A model generated the notes under the pieces. The model was not told the DNA's origin. It saw nothing but the letters and a program-made list of their open reading frames with translations, and ran no database searches. Shown one piece after another: positions 1-10,969 of a stretch of DNA of 64,000 bases (the stretch's first letter is position 1; each line of letters opens with the position of its first letter). This DNA comes from a virus. The stretch lies in the IMG/VR virus record IMGVR_UViG_3300008110_000009; one strand, 5' to 3'. The position numbers and the translations under genes are program-made.

Positions 1-121
1 AAGCGTCTTGTTGTGTGAATTTTAAGGATAAAATTTCTAAAAGATCATAATCCTGTTTTAATTCAACAGTTACTTTCTTATCCCCGTTTAAAGTGGTGTT
101 AATTCTGTGCTTTTGTACCAT
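1..121 (-). CDS. 5' part of a probable structural protein (runs off the window): MVQKHRINTTLNGDKKVTVELKQDYDLLEILSLKFTQQDA...
   Basis: Hand-translated; ATG at 121, open to the window edge, TATTTAT motif at 129-135 just upstream; not in the ORF track. Confidence 0.7.
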   Translation of the reverse strand, partial: MVQKHRINTTLNGDKKVTVELKQDYDLLEILSLKFTQQDA

Positions 122-181
122 ATTAACTATAAATAGAAACTCATCAATTTTCCTATAGAAAAAAGATAAGTAAAAAAGACG

Positions 182-2014
182 TTAATATGTAGTCGTGCCT
201 AATGTTTTTACCCTGATTTTTATATCTTTTTGAGGAAATCTAATCTGGAATATTTGATTAGCTTTCATAAAAATCGTCATATCATTTTGTAAAATTTCTT
301 TTGTAGCTGAATCTTTGTATGACTGTGAAACCTGTGACGAAGAATATTCGCCACCGATTTTATTGAAAACTCTGACATCAATAACGTTTACAACACCTGG
401 AACATTGTTTACTTCTTTCATTAATTCACCAACAAATAGTGGGTCTCCCATTTTTCTTTTATCAATAGAAAAATACTCTGTTGTTGATGAGATTACATCT
501 CTTATAACTTCTCCTTGGTTTTGGTTTTTATCCAATAAAAGGTCAATTTCTAACCCCATATCAATGACTTCACCGCTAACAATATCAATGTAGTCATTTA
601 TCATTCTAAACTGAGAAAGATAGTTTAATATGTTTTGTTTTAGTGTATTAGAAACTACGCTCGTTAAATTACCACTCTCATCATATGACAATAGTTTAAC
701 TCTCACTTTGTTGTCTTCTTCCATAACATTAACCTTTGCTGGAGCCCCATATGTTGATGGCATAGTTTCAATCATTGATTTATAGTCATTTAGTGTGACC
801 GCTCTATTCTGTGCAGCAAAGTTATATGCAACCATGGCTCTAAGTTCTTCAACAGTTGGTTGATCAGCTCCGCCAACAGCTGGTGTTACGTTAGTTACAC
901 TTAAAGATTGTGAAACTTGACTATTTGTGTCAGAATTGGGGCCTGTAATAATAAAGTCTGAATTTTCCACATTATTGATGACACCAACCCCAATATTGCT
1001 TTCTTTACCTCCACCTATTCTGTATTTTATGAATAGTGTTGTTTCTTGTTTTGGAATTGAACCTAGTGAAAGGTTATTTAGATATGATGATAAATTTACT
1101 TTTAATTTATCAGTAATATAATTATCTAGATTATCAAGTGGATCAATATTTCCCGAACCAAATGTTAAAAAGAAATATCCTTCTGGGGTGTATTCTGTAA
1201 TAAATTTATTTTGTACTGTAACATATTCACCAGCTTTAAAATTTGGTCTGTCAGAAACACCAGTTGTACTTGGAACAAACACTTTGTCTTGAACTAGGGA
1301 TTGAACTTCGTACCATTTATTTGGATCACTTATAAACTCACTATAAGCGGGATTACCCGCAAATGTGGTTCCTTCCTTATGAATTACAGCAGAAACACCA
1401 AGTACGTTTCTTTCTGGTAAAAATATCTTTAAAAACGGTTTTTGATCTTGCTGAGTGATAACTTTTCTGAAAATCTTAGTTACACCGTTAACAACAGGTT
1501 CTCTTTTTACGATCGTATAAGAAATTAATCTGTTGTTATTATCAAAGTTTGGTAGTTTTAATCTATTCGGTTCTCCTTTACTATTAAAAGGATTTGAAAA
1601 ATCAATATCTTCAATTGTTTCAAATATTTGACCACCTCCAGAAATTTGTGCGCCAGCTCTTAAAATTCCTTCGTATCTATCATCATCTTTATCACCTCTA
1701 ACTGGTACATTGATACTAAAATCACACAAAGCCACTGAAGGTCTTAAGCCGGGTATTCTGATACCATATGTTTTTGCAATATGAAATAAAGATTGTCTTT
1801 TTTGAGCAAAATCTAACATTGTTTCTTGCCAAACTCTATCGATATGAAAGTGTAAGTTATCAGAAACCGCCGCGTTCAAATCCAGTAAAACAGAATAAAT
1901 CGACGCGTCGTTTGTATTTTGAATAATATCCGGGTAATATTCTTTGGTTAAGTTTACTAGGTCTTGTCTCAAACCAGCAAAATCCCTGTTAGTATATGCT
2001 ATCTTTTTGCTCAT
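182..2014 (-). CDS. Baseplate wedge subunit (T4 gp6 / baseplate J-like)
   Basis: N-terminal YTNRDF..LRQDL; FLTFGSG, YRIGGG, GGAD..EELR..QNRAVTLNDY motifs typical of the gp6/gpJ family; follows gp25-like gene. Confidence 0.9.
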   Translation of the reverse strand: MSKKIAYTNRDFAGLRQDLVNLTKEYYPDIIQNTNDASIYSVLLDLNAAVSDNLHFHIDRVWQETMLDFAQKRQSLFHIAKTYGIRIPGLRPSVALCDFSINVPVRGDKDDDRYEGILRAGAQISGGGQIFETIEDIDFSNPFNSKGEPNRLKLPNFDNNNRLISYTIVKREPVVNGVTKIFRKVITQQDQKPFLKIFLPERNVLGVSAVIHKEGTTFAGNPAYSEFISDPNKWYEVQSLVQDKVFVPSTTGVSDRPNFKAGEYVTVQNKFITEYTPEGYFFLTFGSGNIDPLDNLDNYITDKLKVNLSSYLNNLSLGSIPKQETTLFIKYRIGGGKESNIGVGVINNVENSDFIITGPNSDTNSQVSQSLSVTNVTPAVGGADQPTVEELRAMVAYNFAAQNRAVTLNDYKSMIETMPSTYGAPAKVNVMEEDNKVRVKLLSYDESGNLTSVVSNTLKQNILNYLSQFRMINDYIDIVSGEVIDMGLEIDLLLDKNQNQGEVIRDVISSTTEYFSIDKRKMGDPLFVGELMKEVNNVPGVVNVIDVRVFNKIGGEYSSSQVSQSYKDSATKEILQNDMTIFMKANQIFQIRFPQKDIKIRVKTLGTTTY

Positions 2015-2015
2015 A

Positions 2016-2471
2016 TTATATGTTAATAATTACAAAGTCGGAACTAGAAAAAGTTCCATTATTTGTTGTATAATCAATTCTTATTTTGGCAGTATATGGT
2101 TTAGTAGAACCGTCACCAACTCTAAATAATCTAGTATCCTCATCTTCACTAATACTTGAAGCGCCGTCTTCTGGATCTATATCAGGATTTGTAATTTTTA
2201 TTGCGTTTATCTCTAGATTTGGTATATAAATTTTAACAGTTTCTCTAATTTCATCTTCTATACTGCTGTAGGTTATACTATCATTTAAATCAAATATGAA
2301 TTCATATAACCTTGTACCGAAGTCAGGTAAAAAATATCTACTTCCTTTTCTAGTTAATAATAAATGAATAAGGTTTGCTCTAACCTCCTCATCTACATTC
2401 AATGTCATTCTAGTATAGTCACCTAACGTGCTATTTCTAAAAGGAAAATCTATACCATACTTTGTAGCCAT
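2016..2471 (-). CDS. Baseplate wedge/sheath initiator, gp25 (GPW/gp25) family
   Basis: GIDFPF, NLIHLLLTRKGSRYFLPDFGTRL motif; start re-assigned to MATKYG (ATG 2471) because the longer ORF crosses a terminator and the TATTTAT motif lies at 2476-2482. Confidence 0.9.
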   Translation of the reverse strand: MATKYGIDFPFRNSTLGDYTRMTLNVDEEVRANLIHLLLTRKGSRYFLPDFGTRLYEFIFDLNDSITYSSIEDEIRETVKIYIPNLEINAIKITNPDIDPEDGASSISEDEDTRLFRVGDGSTKPYTAKIRIDYTTNNGTFSSSDFVIINI

Positions 2472-2510
2472 ATCAATAAATATAAACAATACTAAAATGG
2501 ATATAAATAA

Positions 2511-2534
2511 AAAACCCAACCGAAGTTGGGTTTT
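2511..2534 (-). terminator. Intrinsic terminator after nrdA (potentially bidirectional)
   Basis: AAAACCCAAC-TTCG-GTTGGGTTTT on the minus strand followed by T-rich sequence. Confidence 0.85.
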
Positions 2535-2540
2535 AGTATT

Positions 2541-2630
2541 GTGACTTGATATTCGCACCCTGTATTGTCAAGTCCTGGATGCTCAAGGTACGCCTTGACG
2601 ACAGCTAAACTTTGAGGGCGCCACCCATTA
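2541..2630 (-). ncRNA. Candidate structured (pseudoknotted) RNA in the nrdA 3' UTR
   Basis: GC-rich island with four complementary segment pairs (see findings); family not recognised. Confidence 0.5.
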
Positions 2631-2632
2631 TC

Positions 2633-5068
2633 TTACGATCCACATCCTTCACATTCAAATGGTGAATCATCTGGCCTACTAGCCATCATTACAACTTCAG
2701 GCGTTTCTTCACTTATAATAGTATTTTGAGGTGTAGCGTATGCTGTTTGTTGCTTTGGTTGTACTTCAGCAACTGGCTTTACTGTTGAGGTATCTAAACC
2801 TAATCCTTTAATTGGGTCAACAGCAGATCTTGTTCTCAAATAATACATTCCGGTTTTAAGACCTAGCTTCCAACCAAACAAATGAGCCGCGAGTACTTTT
2901 GCTTTTGTTGCGTTATCGATAAATAAATTCATTGACTGTGATTGATCGATAAAAATACTTCTATTGGCCGCCATTTGTAAAATTCTCTTTTGAGACATTT
3001 CCCAAACAGTTTTATAAACTTCTTTGATTGGTGTAGGAATTTCTGGAATATTTTGAATAGATCCATTCTCAAGAATTAGTTTCTTTTTCAAATCTTCATT
3101 CCATAATCCAATATTCATTAAATCTTTAACCAAGTGTTTATTGACAACAATAAATTCTCCACCTAATGTTCTTCTTGAATAAAGATTCGTTGTAAATGGT
3201 TCAAATGCTTCGTTGTTACCTAAAATTTGTGCGGTTGATGCCGTTGGCATTGGTGCAACAAGTAATGAGTTTCTAACACCATACTTTACAACTTCTTTTC
3301 TCAAAGATTTCCAATCCCATCTTCCTGACATATCTTTATCTGTCTTACCCCACATTTCATATTGAAAAATTCCCTTTTCTATCGGTGAACCAGAAATTGA
3401 TTCATATGCCCCAACTTCTTTTGCAATATCTTTTGATGATGTTACTGCAGCAAAATAAATTGTTTCAAAAATTTCTGTTTGTAGTTTATCCGCCTCTTCA
3501 CTTTCAAAAGGTAATGACAATATACAAAATACATCTGCTAATCCTTGTACACCTAAACCAACTGGTCTATGTTTAAAGTTAGATCTTTTTGTTTCTTCTG
3601 TTGGGTAAAAATTCAAATCAATAACATTATTTAAATTCTTAACAACTTGGTAAGTGTATTCAAATAATAGCTGATGATTAAATTCACCATCTAAAATATA
3701 TTTTGGTAATGCTATTGATGCTAAGTTACAAACAGCTTGTTCAGTTGGTGAACTATATTCAATAATTTCAGTACACAAATTTGAAGATTTAATTGTACCT
3801 AAATTCTTTTGATTTGACTTATAGTTAGCAGCATCTTTGTATAACATATAAGGTGTTCCAGTTTCAATCTGTGCGGTTAATATCGCATCCATTAGTTTTC
3901 TAGCTTTGATTGTTTTTCTGGCTAAACCCTGTTGTTCATATGATTCATACAAACGAGTAAAAGCTTTATCTTCTGGTGTATCATACATGTCAGATAGCCC
4001 TGGTGCCTCATCTGGTGAAAATAAAGACCAATCACCGTCAGATTCAACACGTTGCATAAATAAGTCTGGTGTCCACATTGCTAAAAATAAATCTCTAGCT
4101 CTCATCTCTTCTTTTCCATGATTCTTTCTTAGATCAATAAACTCTAATACATCTGAATGCCATGGCTCAAGATAAATTGCAAATGAACCTTTTCTTTTAC
4201 CTCCTTGATTAATCCAACGAGCAACTTCATTGTAAGTTTTCATCATTGGTAGTAAACCATCTGACATTCCGCCGGTGCCTTTAATGTATGCCCCTTTAGC
4301 ACGAACATCATGAACATGTAAGCCAATACCACCAGCCCATTTAGAAATTTTTGCAACATCTTTGATTGTGTCAAATAATCCATCAATATCGTCACCTTTA
4401 TTTCCAATTAAGAAACAAGATGACATTTGTGGTCTGCGTGTTCCAGCATTGAATAATGTTGGTGTCGCGTGCGTATAAAAGTGTTGTGACAAATCATCAT
4501 AAATTCTTAAAGCCATCTGAACATCACCATTACAAATACCAACAGCAACCCTCATGTACATATACTGTGGTCTTTCAACGGTTCTTTCACCAATTTTTAA
4601 AAGATATGATCTTTCTAAGGTTTTGAAGCCAAAATAATCAAAATCAAAATCTCTCGTAATATTGATTGCACCATCAATAATTTCTTTATTATCCATCACG
4701 AACTCATATACATCATCTGAAATCAGTGTTGATTCCTTTCCAGTCTTTGGTTCAATAAAAGAATGTAATTCTTTAATGGCCTGAGAAAACTTCTTTGGTG
4801 TTGTCTTGTGTAAATTTGTTACAGCCAATCTCCCCGCTAATTTTGCATAATCAGGATGCGTTGTTGTCATAGATGCCGCAGTTTCTGCCGCTAGTACATC
4901 CAACTCTTTAGTTGTAATCCCATCATAAATTCCTTGCGTAACTTTTAGTGTAATAAATGTAGGATCAACATAATCCATATTAAGGTCATCACAAAGAGCA
5001 CTAATTCTTTTAGTGATCTTATCATATCTCATCTCTTCTAACGTTCCGTCTCTTTTTAGTACTTTCAT
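2633..5068 (-). CDS. nrdA: Ribonucleotide reductase class Ia alpha subunit with N-terminal ATP cone
   Basis: VLKRDG ATP cone, ATPTLFNAG, SSCFL, SNLCTEI, APMPTAST, KTGMYYLR, C-terminal CEGCGS. Confidence 0.98.
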   Translation of the reverse strand: MKVLKRDGTLEEMRYDKITKRISALCDDLNMDYVDPTFITLKVTQGIYDGITTKELDVLAAETAASMTTTHPDYAKLAGRLAVTNLHKTTPKKFSQAIKELHSFIEPKTGKESTLISDDVYEFVMDNKEIIDGAINITRDFDFDYFGFKTLERSYLLKIGERTVERPQYMYMRVAVGICNGDVQMALRIYDDLSQHFYTHATPTLFNAGTRRPQMSSCFLIGNKGDDIDGLFDTIKDVAKISKWAGGIGLHVHDVRAKGAYIKGTGGMSDGLLPMMKTYNEVARWINQGGKRKGSFAIYLEPWHSDVLEFIDLRKNHGKEEMRARDLFLAMWTPDLFMQRVESDGDWSLFSPDEAPGLSDMYDTPEDKAFTRLYESYEQQGLARKTIKARKLMDAILTAQIETGTPYMLYKDAANYKSNQKNLGTIKSSNLCTEIIEYSSPTEQAVCNLASIALPKYILDGEFNHQLLFEYTYQVVKNLNNVIDLNFYPTEETKRSNFKHRPVGLGVQGLADVFCILSLPFESEEADKLQTEIFETIYFAAVTSSKDIAKEVGAYESISGSPIEKGIFQYEMWGKTDKDMSGRWDWKSLRKEVVKYGVRNSLLVAPMPTASTAQILGNNEAFEPFTTNLYSRRTLGGEFIVVNKHLVKDLMNIGLWNEDLKKKLILENGSIQNIPEIPTPIKEVYKTVWEMSQKRILQMAANRSIFIDQSQSMNLFIDNATKAKVLAAHLFGWKLGLKTGMYYLRTRSAVDPIKGLGLDTSTVKPVAEVQPKQQTAYATPQNTIISEETPEVVMMASRPDDSPFECEGCGS

Positions 5069-5083
5069 CTCAAATTATATTTT

Positions 5084-6061
5084 TTAAAATTCTAAATCAC
5101 CAAATGCTGATTCTAGATCCTCCGCTTCCGCAGTTTTATTAACACCTGCTTTTTGATACTCAGCAACTCTCTTTTCAAAGAAATTTGTTTTCCCTTGTAG
5201 AGCAATATTTTGCATAAAATCAAATGGGTTTTCTGAATTGTAAACTTTAGGAACCCCCAAAGCAACCAATAATCTATCTGTAACAAATTCAAGATATTGA
5301 GCCATTAAATCTGAGTTCATACCAATAAGTCTAACTGGTAAGGCTTCAAGAATAAACTCTTTCTCAATTTCTAATGCGCCACAAATAATATCTTTAATTT
5401 GCTTTTGTGATAACTTGTTTTCAATATGGTGATTAAATAAGTGACATGCAAAATCGCAATGCATACCTTCATCACGAGAAATCAATTCATTAGAAAAGGT
5501 TAAACCCGGCATTAAACCTCTTTTCTTCAACCAGAAAATTGCGCAGAAAGATCCAGAGAAAAAGATACCCTCAACTGCTGCAAAAGCGATAAGTCTTTCG
5601 ACAAATGTTCCTTTTTCAATATATCTTAGTGCCCATTCAGCTTTTCTTTTAATAGCTGGAACAGTTTCGATGGCATTAAATAATTTATTTTGTTCTTCCT
5701 TATCTTTGATGTATGTGTCAATTAACAATGAATAAGTTTCACTATGAATATTTTCCATCATAATCTGAAAACCATAAAACATTTTAGCTTCAGTGTATTG
5801 AACAGCATTAACAAAATTCATTGCTATGTTCTCATTAACAATACCATCAGATGCCGCAAAAAATGCTAATACATGTTTAACAAAGTGTTGTTCGTCTGCG
5901 TTTAATTTATTTTCCCAATCATAAATGTCTTGTCCTAAATCAATCTCTTCAGCAGTCCAAAAACATGCTTCTTGCTGTTTATAAAGCTTCCATAAATCAT
6001 GGTGCTCGATTGGGAAAAGGACAAAGCGTCCGGGATTGTCAACTAGAATCTTCTCGGTCAT
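5084..6061 (-). CDS. nrdB: Ribonucleotide reductase class Ia beta subunit
   Basis: [53 protein letters not shown]. Confidence 0.98.
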   Translation of the reverse strand: MTEKILVDNPGRFVLFPIEHHDLWKLYKQQEACFWTAEEIDLGQDIYDWENKLNADEQHFVKHVLAFFAASDGIVNENIAMNFVNAVQYTEAKMFYGFQIMMENIHSETYSLLIDTYIKDKEEQNKLFNAIETVPAIKRKAEWALRYIEKGTFVERLIAFAAVEGIFFSGSFCAIFWLKKRGLMPGLTFSNELISRDEGMHCDFACHLFNHHIENKLSQKQIKDIICGALEIEKEFILEALPVRLIGMNSDLMAQYLEFVTDRLLVALGVPKVYNSENPFDFMQNIALQGKTNFFEKRVAEYQKAGVNKTAEAEDLESAFGDLEF

Positions 6062-6075
6062 AGTGTTTGTTTTTT

Positions 6076-7467
6076 TTACTTGTTTAATAATTCTTTTTGT
6101 GCTAAATATTCGTTGTAGATTTTGTTCTTGCGCTGCTTTGCTTCTTCTTCCTTATCGGTTTTGAAACCAAGCAAAGTATTTTGATGGTCAACATCAATTT
6201 CAAGAAACTCATTATTGAATTTGCAGTTATTGAATACAACACCATCTTTACCGATTCTGGATTTCAATAATGTTAATGTTGCAAGATTCATTTCTTTTTG
6301 TTCAATTGTTTTACCAATAGACAATACAACGTGTCCAATTTGGGCTTTTTTAATAGATCCACCCATTTGATCTGTGGTTACTACTTCACTCTTAATAGAT
6401 TCTCTATTACCTTGGGTAGCAGTCCATATTGCGATATCAAATTCAGATGTCATAGCTTCTAATTGTCTCATAATTGCACCATCTCCCTTCCACTCTTCAT
6501 TATAATTTGTCTTCTCAGGGGTGATACAATCAACATAGTCCAAAGTTAGTAAATCTACTCTAAAACCATCAGCTTGCATCTTTCTTAATTTTGATTTAAT
6601 TTCAGAAATTGTAACAGAATCACTAGGTAACTTCAGTAATCTAAGCTCGCCAGTTGATATACTTTTTCTTTCTGTTACAATTTTCTCAACCTCTTCAGCA
6701 TGTAATGGTTGTTCTTTTGGAGAAATACCGGTCCAAATGGTAAAATGTTTTCGTTTAATGTTATTAACGTTATCTTCAAAGAAAACTTGAACAACATTGT
6801 AACCCTGATTAAAGGCCTCGTTAGAGAATTTAGTCAATAAAGTTGTTTTACCTGTTCCGGTTGGGGCTAAGACTACCCCAAGTTCGCCTCTTCCCAAACC
6901 ACCATCCAATAGGTTGTCAATACCCACAACGCCTGTTGGTATTGGTCTTCTATTATCAGCTTGTAAAGCTAAGCTAATACTATCAAAGATGTCTACTACA
7001 TCATTATCACTAACACCAACTTGTAGAGCGTCTTGAATTAGTTTCTCAATTTTGTGGTACTCTTCAAATTCACCCTTAGCTGTTATCTCCTCTATTTTCT
7101 TGATGGTTTTCTTAAGAACTTGCTGCTTACAGAAGTTCATAGCTTTGTCCTTAATTAAAGGAATTCCACCCTGATCAATAACGTGGTCTTGTATATTCTT
7201 AATGGTATCAATAAAAGCAGTCCTGGCTGTGTCTGAAACGCTTTCTGATAATATTTTTTGTTCTAATGCGGTATATGAAGGTAGTGTTTCGTATTTTTCA
7301 TAACACTCCTTAATATTTTGCATAATGAACTTAAACCCATTATTGTCAAAATAGTTTTGATCTATGACCTCAACAATAGTTTCACCGAATTTTCGGTCTT
7401 CTATAATAGTTTTTAATAGTGATATTTGATACGTTTGCCCTAAATGGCCAAAATTTTTCTCGGTCAT
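6076..7467 (-). CDS. Replicative DNA helicase (DnaB / T4 gp41-like)
   Basis: IPTG..ID..L.GG, Walker [26 protein letters not shown]. Confidence 0.93.
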   Translation of the reverse strand: MTEKNFGHLGQTYQISLLKTIIEDRKFGETIVEVIDQNYFDNNGFKFIMQNIKECYEKYETLPSYTALEQKILSESVSDTARTAFIDTIKNIQDHVIDQGGIPLIKDKAMNFCKQQVLKKTIKKIEEITAKGEFEEYHKIEKLIQDALQVGVSDNDVVDIFDSISLALQADNRRPIPTGVVGIDNLLDGGLGRGELGVVLAPTGTGKTTLLTKFSNEAFNQGYNVVQVFFEDNVNNIKRKHFTIWTGISPKEQPLHAEEVEKIVTERKSISTGELRLLKLPSDSVTISEIKSKLRKMQADGFRVDLLTLDYVDCITPEKTNYNEEWKGDGAIMRQLEAMTSEFDIAIWTATQGNRESIKSEVVTTDQMGGSIKKAQIGHVVLSIGKTIEQKEMNLATLTLLKSRIGKDGVVFNNCKFNNEFLEIDVDHQNTLLGFKTDKEEEAKQRKNKIYNEYLAQKELLNK

Positions 7468-7496
7468 AAAATATATAAGTTATAAAATAAAATAAA

Positions 7497-7940
7497 TTAA
7501 AGTTCGTACTGAAGATATGTCGTCTCTGGATCGCTTACTGACAAAACTTCAGTTAAATCTGCCAAAATTCTTCTTAATTTTGGTCGAATGTCTACCGCGT
7601 ATCTAACCTTTGGGTGGTAATAGTGCGCAGCAAATATTCTTGAAATAAATACATCGTCACCTTGCTTAATTTGCAGTAAAAAATACTGTTCTTCCATCTC
7701 TTTAGGATCTTCCACAACTTCATTATTCATAAAAAATCCTTGATTTTCGATTAAGTATTCGGAACTTTTTATTTTCAAATCTTCCGAAATTTCTTCACAA
7801 ATATTTTTTACTTCATAATGCAGATTCATAGACTTCCTGGTATAAGGATTATAGTCTTTAACGTTAAAAAATCGCTGGCAGATGATATTGCCGTCTAGTG
7901 TAAGTAAAAATTCAAACTTGTTTTGTTCTTGAATGTTCAT
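7497..7940 (-). CDS. Hypothetical protein
   Basis: 147-aa ORF in the replication operon. Confidence 0.7.
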   Translation of the reverse strand: MNIQEQNKFEFLLTLDGNIICQRFFNVKDYNPYTRKSMNLHYEVKNICEEISEDLKIKSSEYLIENQGFFMNNEVVEDPKEMEEQYFLLQIKQGDDVFISRIFAAHYYHPKVRYAVDIRPKLRRILADLTEVLSVSDPETTYLQYEL

Positions 7941-7952
7941 AAGTCTTAGTTT

Positions 7953-8972
7953 TTATTTAATTTTAAATTTAATTGTATGTTTATTTTTTTCTTTAGTAGT
8001 TAGTCTTAGAAAAGGATTTAGGAATTTTATCCATGCATCATCACTCTTTGGTAAAACAGTGAAAATACCGTCCTCCATCATCATTTTCATAGTATTTTTA
8101 TAAGAACGCCCTTCGGTATCAAGATTTTCTTTTATTAAAGAATTAACACCATTTTTGGCTTCTTCGGTTAAAATTGGCTCATCCAAGCAAACCATTTTAT
8201 TATTTATATCAAAAAATTCATCACCGAAAACACCGAGCTTAGTAACACCAGTTAAAAAGTTCTGTACCAATTTATTTTCCTTGTCTTCCGAAAATAAAAG
8301 ATTACCTCTCTCTCTTGCTTCACTTAAAGTAATTTGCTTTTCTTTTATATCGGGGAAAAGTGAGATTAATCTTTTAATACCCATATTTTTAATACCGAAG
8401 ATGTTATCAGAAGGATCACCACATAAAATTTTAACCAGTTTGACATTTTCAATCAAGATAGTTTCATGATCATAATCAATTATGTCATTCTTCTTATATA
8501 CTTTTCTGTGTGATGGGTTATAGAGCGTTACATTCTCATTTACGAGCTGTGCTAAGTCCCTATCAGATGAGTAGATTATCTTTTTCTCTTTAGGAGAATT
8601 TTGTGTGTAGTAGGCGATGCAATCATCAGATTCACAATACTCGAATTCACCTTGCCTAACATAAAGTTCTTCCAAGTATTGTTTAATCCTAGATCTTTGC
8701 CTTTGGTATGAGAAAACTTCCTCTTCAGTCCTTGTTCTGGACTTTCTGTTCTCTTTGTAATGATGATATATTTTCTTTCTAGATATATGACCATCTTTAC
8801 CATCCCAGAATACGCAGATTTTATCAAGTTGATAATTTTCAAACGATCTTCTGAGTGTGTCGATAAAGTGAAATAATCCACCTATATGCTGACCTTTATA
8901 AAAATGGTTTTTTAAACCGTAGAAACCAATGGTTAATAGATTATCTCCATCAACCAACAATGTATTAGACAT
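7953..8972 (-). CDS. 5'-3' exonuclease / flap endonuclease (T4 RNase H-like)
   Basis: LLVDGDN, VFWDG, YKENR, ESDDCI, SSDRDL.QL, GDPSDNI.GI..MG. Confidence 0.93.
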   Translation of the reverse strand: MSNTLLVDGDNLLTIGFYGLKNHFYKGQHIGGLFHFIDTLRRSFENYQLDKICVFWDGKDGHISRKKIYHHYKENRKSRTRTEEEVFSYQRQRSRIKQYLEELYVRQGEFEYCESDDCIAYYTQNSPKEKKIIYSSDRDLAQLVNENVTLYNPSHRKVYKKNDIIDYDHETILIENVKLVKILCGDPSDNIFGIKNMGIKRLISLFPDIKEKQITLSEARERGNLLFSEDKENKLVQNFLTGVTKLGVFGDEFFDINNKMVCLDEPILTEEAKNGVNSLIKENLDTEGRSYKNTMKMMMEDGIFTVLPKSDDAWIKFLNPFLRLTTKEKNKHTIKFKIK

Positions 8973-8999
8973 TTAGTCTAGTCTTTAATAGTTAAACAA

Positions 9000-10031
9000 T
9001 CAATCTTCGTTCTCTTCTTCTGGTATCGGCTCAAACTTTAGTTCTTCAAGATTATCGACTTTTTCATCGAATAATGAGCTAATATAGTCTAAGTTATCCT
9101 TTACATAATCCTCTCTAGATTTTTTCTCTTCTGCAGCTTCTTTTGCTCTCATAAATCCATGAGGTGTAACCATAATTTTACCATCACCAAACTGAATACC
9201 GTTTACGTGGTTTTTCATAACTGTAATTTTACTTCTTGTTGCAACAGTTACAGTTCGCTTATTCTTAGTGATTGAAATTTTTGTTGTACCAGCATTTTTC
9301 TCGTTACCAAATCTGAATACTAATGTTGAATTCAACCAAATAGATTCACCACCCTTAGCTTTGATTTTAGGTTGACCAAATGGATTATCAGGAAGTTCAA
9401 CCCAAGGTTGGTTAACGATAATCAAAGTGTTTGTATGAGCCTTATCTGCTCTTCTAGAGCCAGATATTCTTTGGTTGATACCCATACCAATCTTATCAGA
9501 TAAAACAGACGCATTATGTTGCTTTCCGCCTTTACCTTCCCATGTCATCTTACATGGTACAGAACCAACAGAATCCCATAGGAATAACAAGTCATATGGT
9601 AATTCACCTTTTTCTTGTAAATCAAGCATCTCATTAATAAAATCTGTGATTTGCTCAATATATTCAAAATCGTTTCTAAAAATGAAATCACCAGAATATG
9701 TTACTTCTCCAGTTCCTTGATCAACATCTTTTGTTACAGGAATACCCATAATTGAAGCATGATCAAAATCAAACTTTTGTTCAGTGATTATAAAAATTGG
9801 TAACATACCTTTTTTAATACCATCTGCAGCTGCTCCAAGTAGTGCTGTGGTTTTACCTGTATCTGAGTGACCTAAAAACATATTAATATGACCTAATGCT
9901 GGCCCAGGTAAACCAGTTGCATCCAAAAATGCATCACCAAGGTCCAAAAAACGATCTGGTTTATATGTTGTTTTGCTTGAATATTTCGAAGCAAGTTGTG
10001 AAATCGAGAAGTTTTGTTTTTTTATAGCCAT
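9000..10031 (-). CDS. RecA/UvsX-like recombinase
   Basis: Walker A GHSDTGKT, WDSVGS, IIVNQ, KGGE, KNH. Confidence 0.9.
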   Translation of the reverse strand: MAIKKQNFSISQLASKYSSKTTYKPDRFLDLGDAFLDATGLPGPALGHINMFLGHSDTGKTTALLGAAADGIKKGMLPIFIITEQKFDFDHASIMGIPVTKDVDQGTGEVTYSGDFIFRNDFEYIEQITDFINEMLDLQEKGELPYDLLFLWDSVGSVPCKMTWEGKGGKQHNASVLSDKIGMGINQRISGSRRADKAHTNTLIIVNQPWVELPDNPFGQPKIKAKGGESIWLNSTLVFRFGNEKNAGTTKISITKNKRTVTVATRSKITVMKNHVNGIQFGDGKIMVTPHGFMRAKEAAEEKKSREDYVKDNLDYISSLFDEKVDNLEELKFEPIPEEENED

Positions 10032-10048
10032 AATAATAATTTTTTAAA

Positions 10049-10079
10049 AATGGGCCATTGACGTTATCTCCGGCCCGTT
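10049..10079 (-). terminator. Probable terminator after the SSB gene
   Basis: GGGCC...GGCCC stem followed by ATTTTT on the minus strand; long loop. Confidence 0.5.
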
Positions 10080-10082
10080 GGG

Positions 10083-10931
10083 TTAGAATGGCAGATTTTC
10101 ATCTGCATCTTCATCTTCTTGTGGATCTTCAATTGGTGTAGAAACTGTTTGTTTTTTACCAACAATAACATCTTCTCCACTAGCACCTGAAACCCATTTT
10201 TTACCTTCTGAGTCCCAAGTAGGTGTTTCACCTTTTGCTACCATTTCCAAATATTCTTCTGGTTTTTTAGAATAAACATCAGACCAACTTAATTCATCGT
10301 TAACCCAACCTTTTGCCACTGTTTCATCTGAGTGAAGTGGTGATGGGTCTTCCGGAATGATAGAGTTAATTGTTGTGTATTCTTTACCATTACCAGATTT
10401 TGTTAATGTTAAGAATAACGTTAAGTCTCTACCTGTTTGTAGATCTGTAATATCTCCCTTCTTTTGGAATAATGGGAAAATCTTATCTAGAATACCGTCT
10501 TGTTTTGAATTGTGTTTAAATCTCCAAAACTTTGGTCCGTCTTGCTCATTATCGCGATCGATAACTTTTACAATATAGAACTTCTTAGAACGATATTGAC
10601 GAGCGTATTCTTTATCTGATTCTACACCTGTATTCATTAAACTTTGATACACCTCATTTAATGGAGAGCGCTTACCATCTTGCTTTGGATCGTATAATTT
10701 AACCCACTTTCCATCCACTTGGATTTCATGGAAATAAGCCTCTTTAAATGGTGATGTTCCATCTGCTGTAGGTAGAATTCTGATTCTGCGTTCTTCCCCT
10801 TTAGAGCCTTTAGGTAATACTGTTGTAAAATACCTTTTAAGTCTCTCTTCGCTAGATACTCTGTTGTTGTTTCCGCTTGCGGATTGCTTGCTTTTTTCGT
10901 ACTGTGCTAGTACTGCATCTACTGTACTCAT
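10083..10931 (-). CDS. Single-stranded DNA-binding protein (gp32-like)
   Basis: RIRILP..DG.SPF, GDITDLQTGRDL, acidic C-terminal tail ending DENLPF. Confidence 0.85.
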   Translation of the reverse strand: MSTVDAVLAQYEKSKQSASGNNNRVSSEERLKRYFTTVLPKGSKGEERRIRILPTADGTSPFKEAYFHEIQVDGKWVKLYDPKQDGKRSPLNEVYQSLMNTGVESDKEYARQYRSKKFYIVKVIDRDNEQDGPKFWRFKHNSKQDGILDKIFPLFQKKGDITDLQTGRDLTLFLTLTKSGNGKEYTTINSIIPEDPSPLHSDETVAKGWVNDELSWSDVYSKKPEEYLEMVAKGETPTWDSEGKKWVSGASGEDVIVGKKQTVSTPIEDPQEDEDADENLPF

Positions 10932-10969
10932 ATTATTTGTTTTTAAATTGACAATAGTAAAATATAAAC

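Noticed and set aside
2472-2558. N-terminal hydrophobic extension of gp25 in the ORF track
   Set aside because: Crosses the terminator and promoter motif; the real start is ATG 2471
2541-2630. HDV-like/theta, hammerhead, twister or pistol ribozyme; tRNA
   Set aside because: Stem order and conserved catalytic sequences do not fit; no cloverleaf or T-loop
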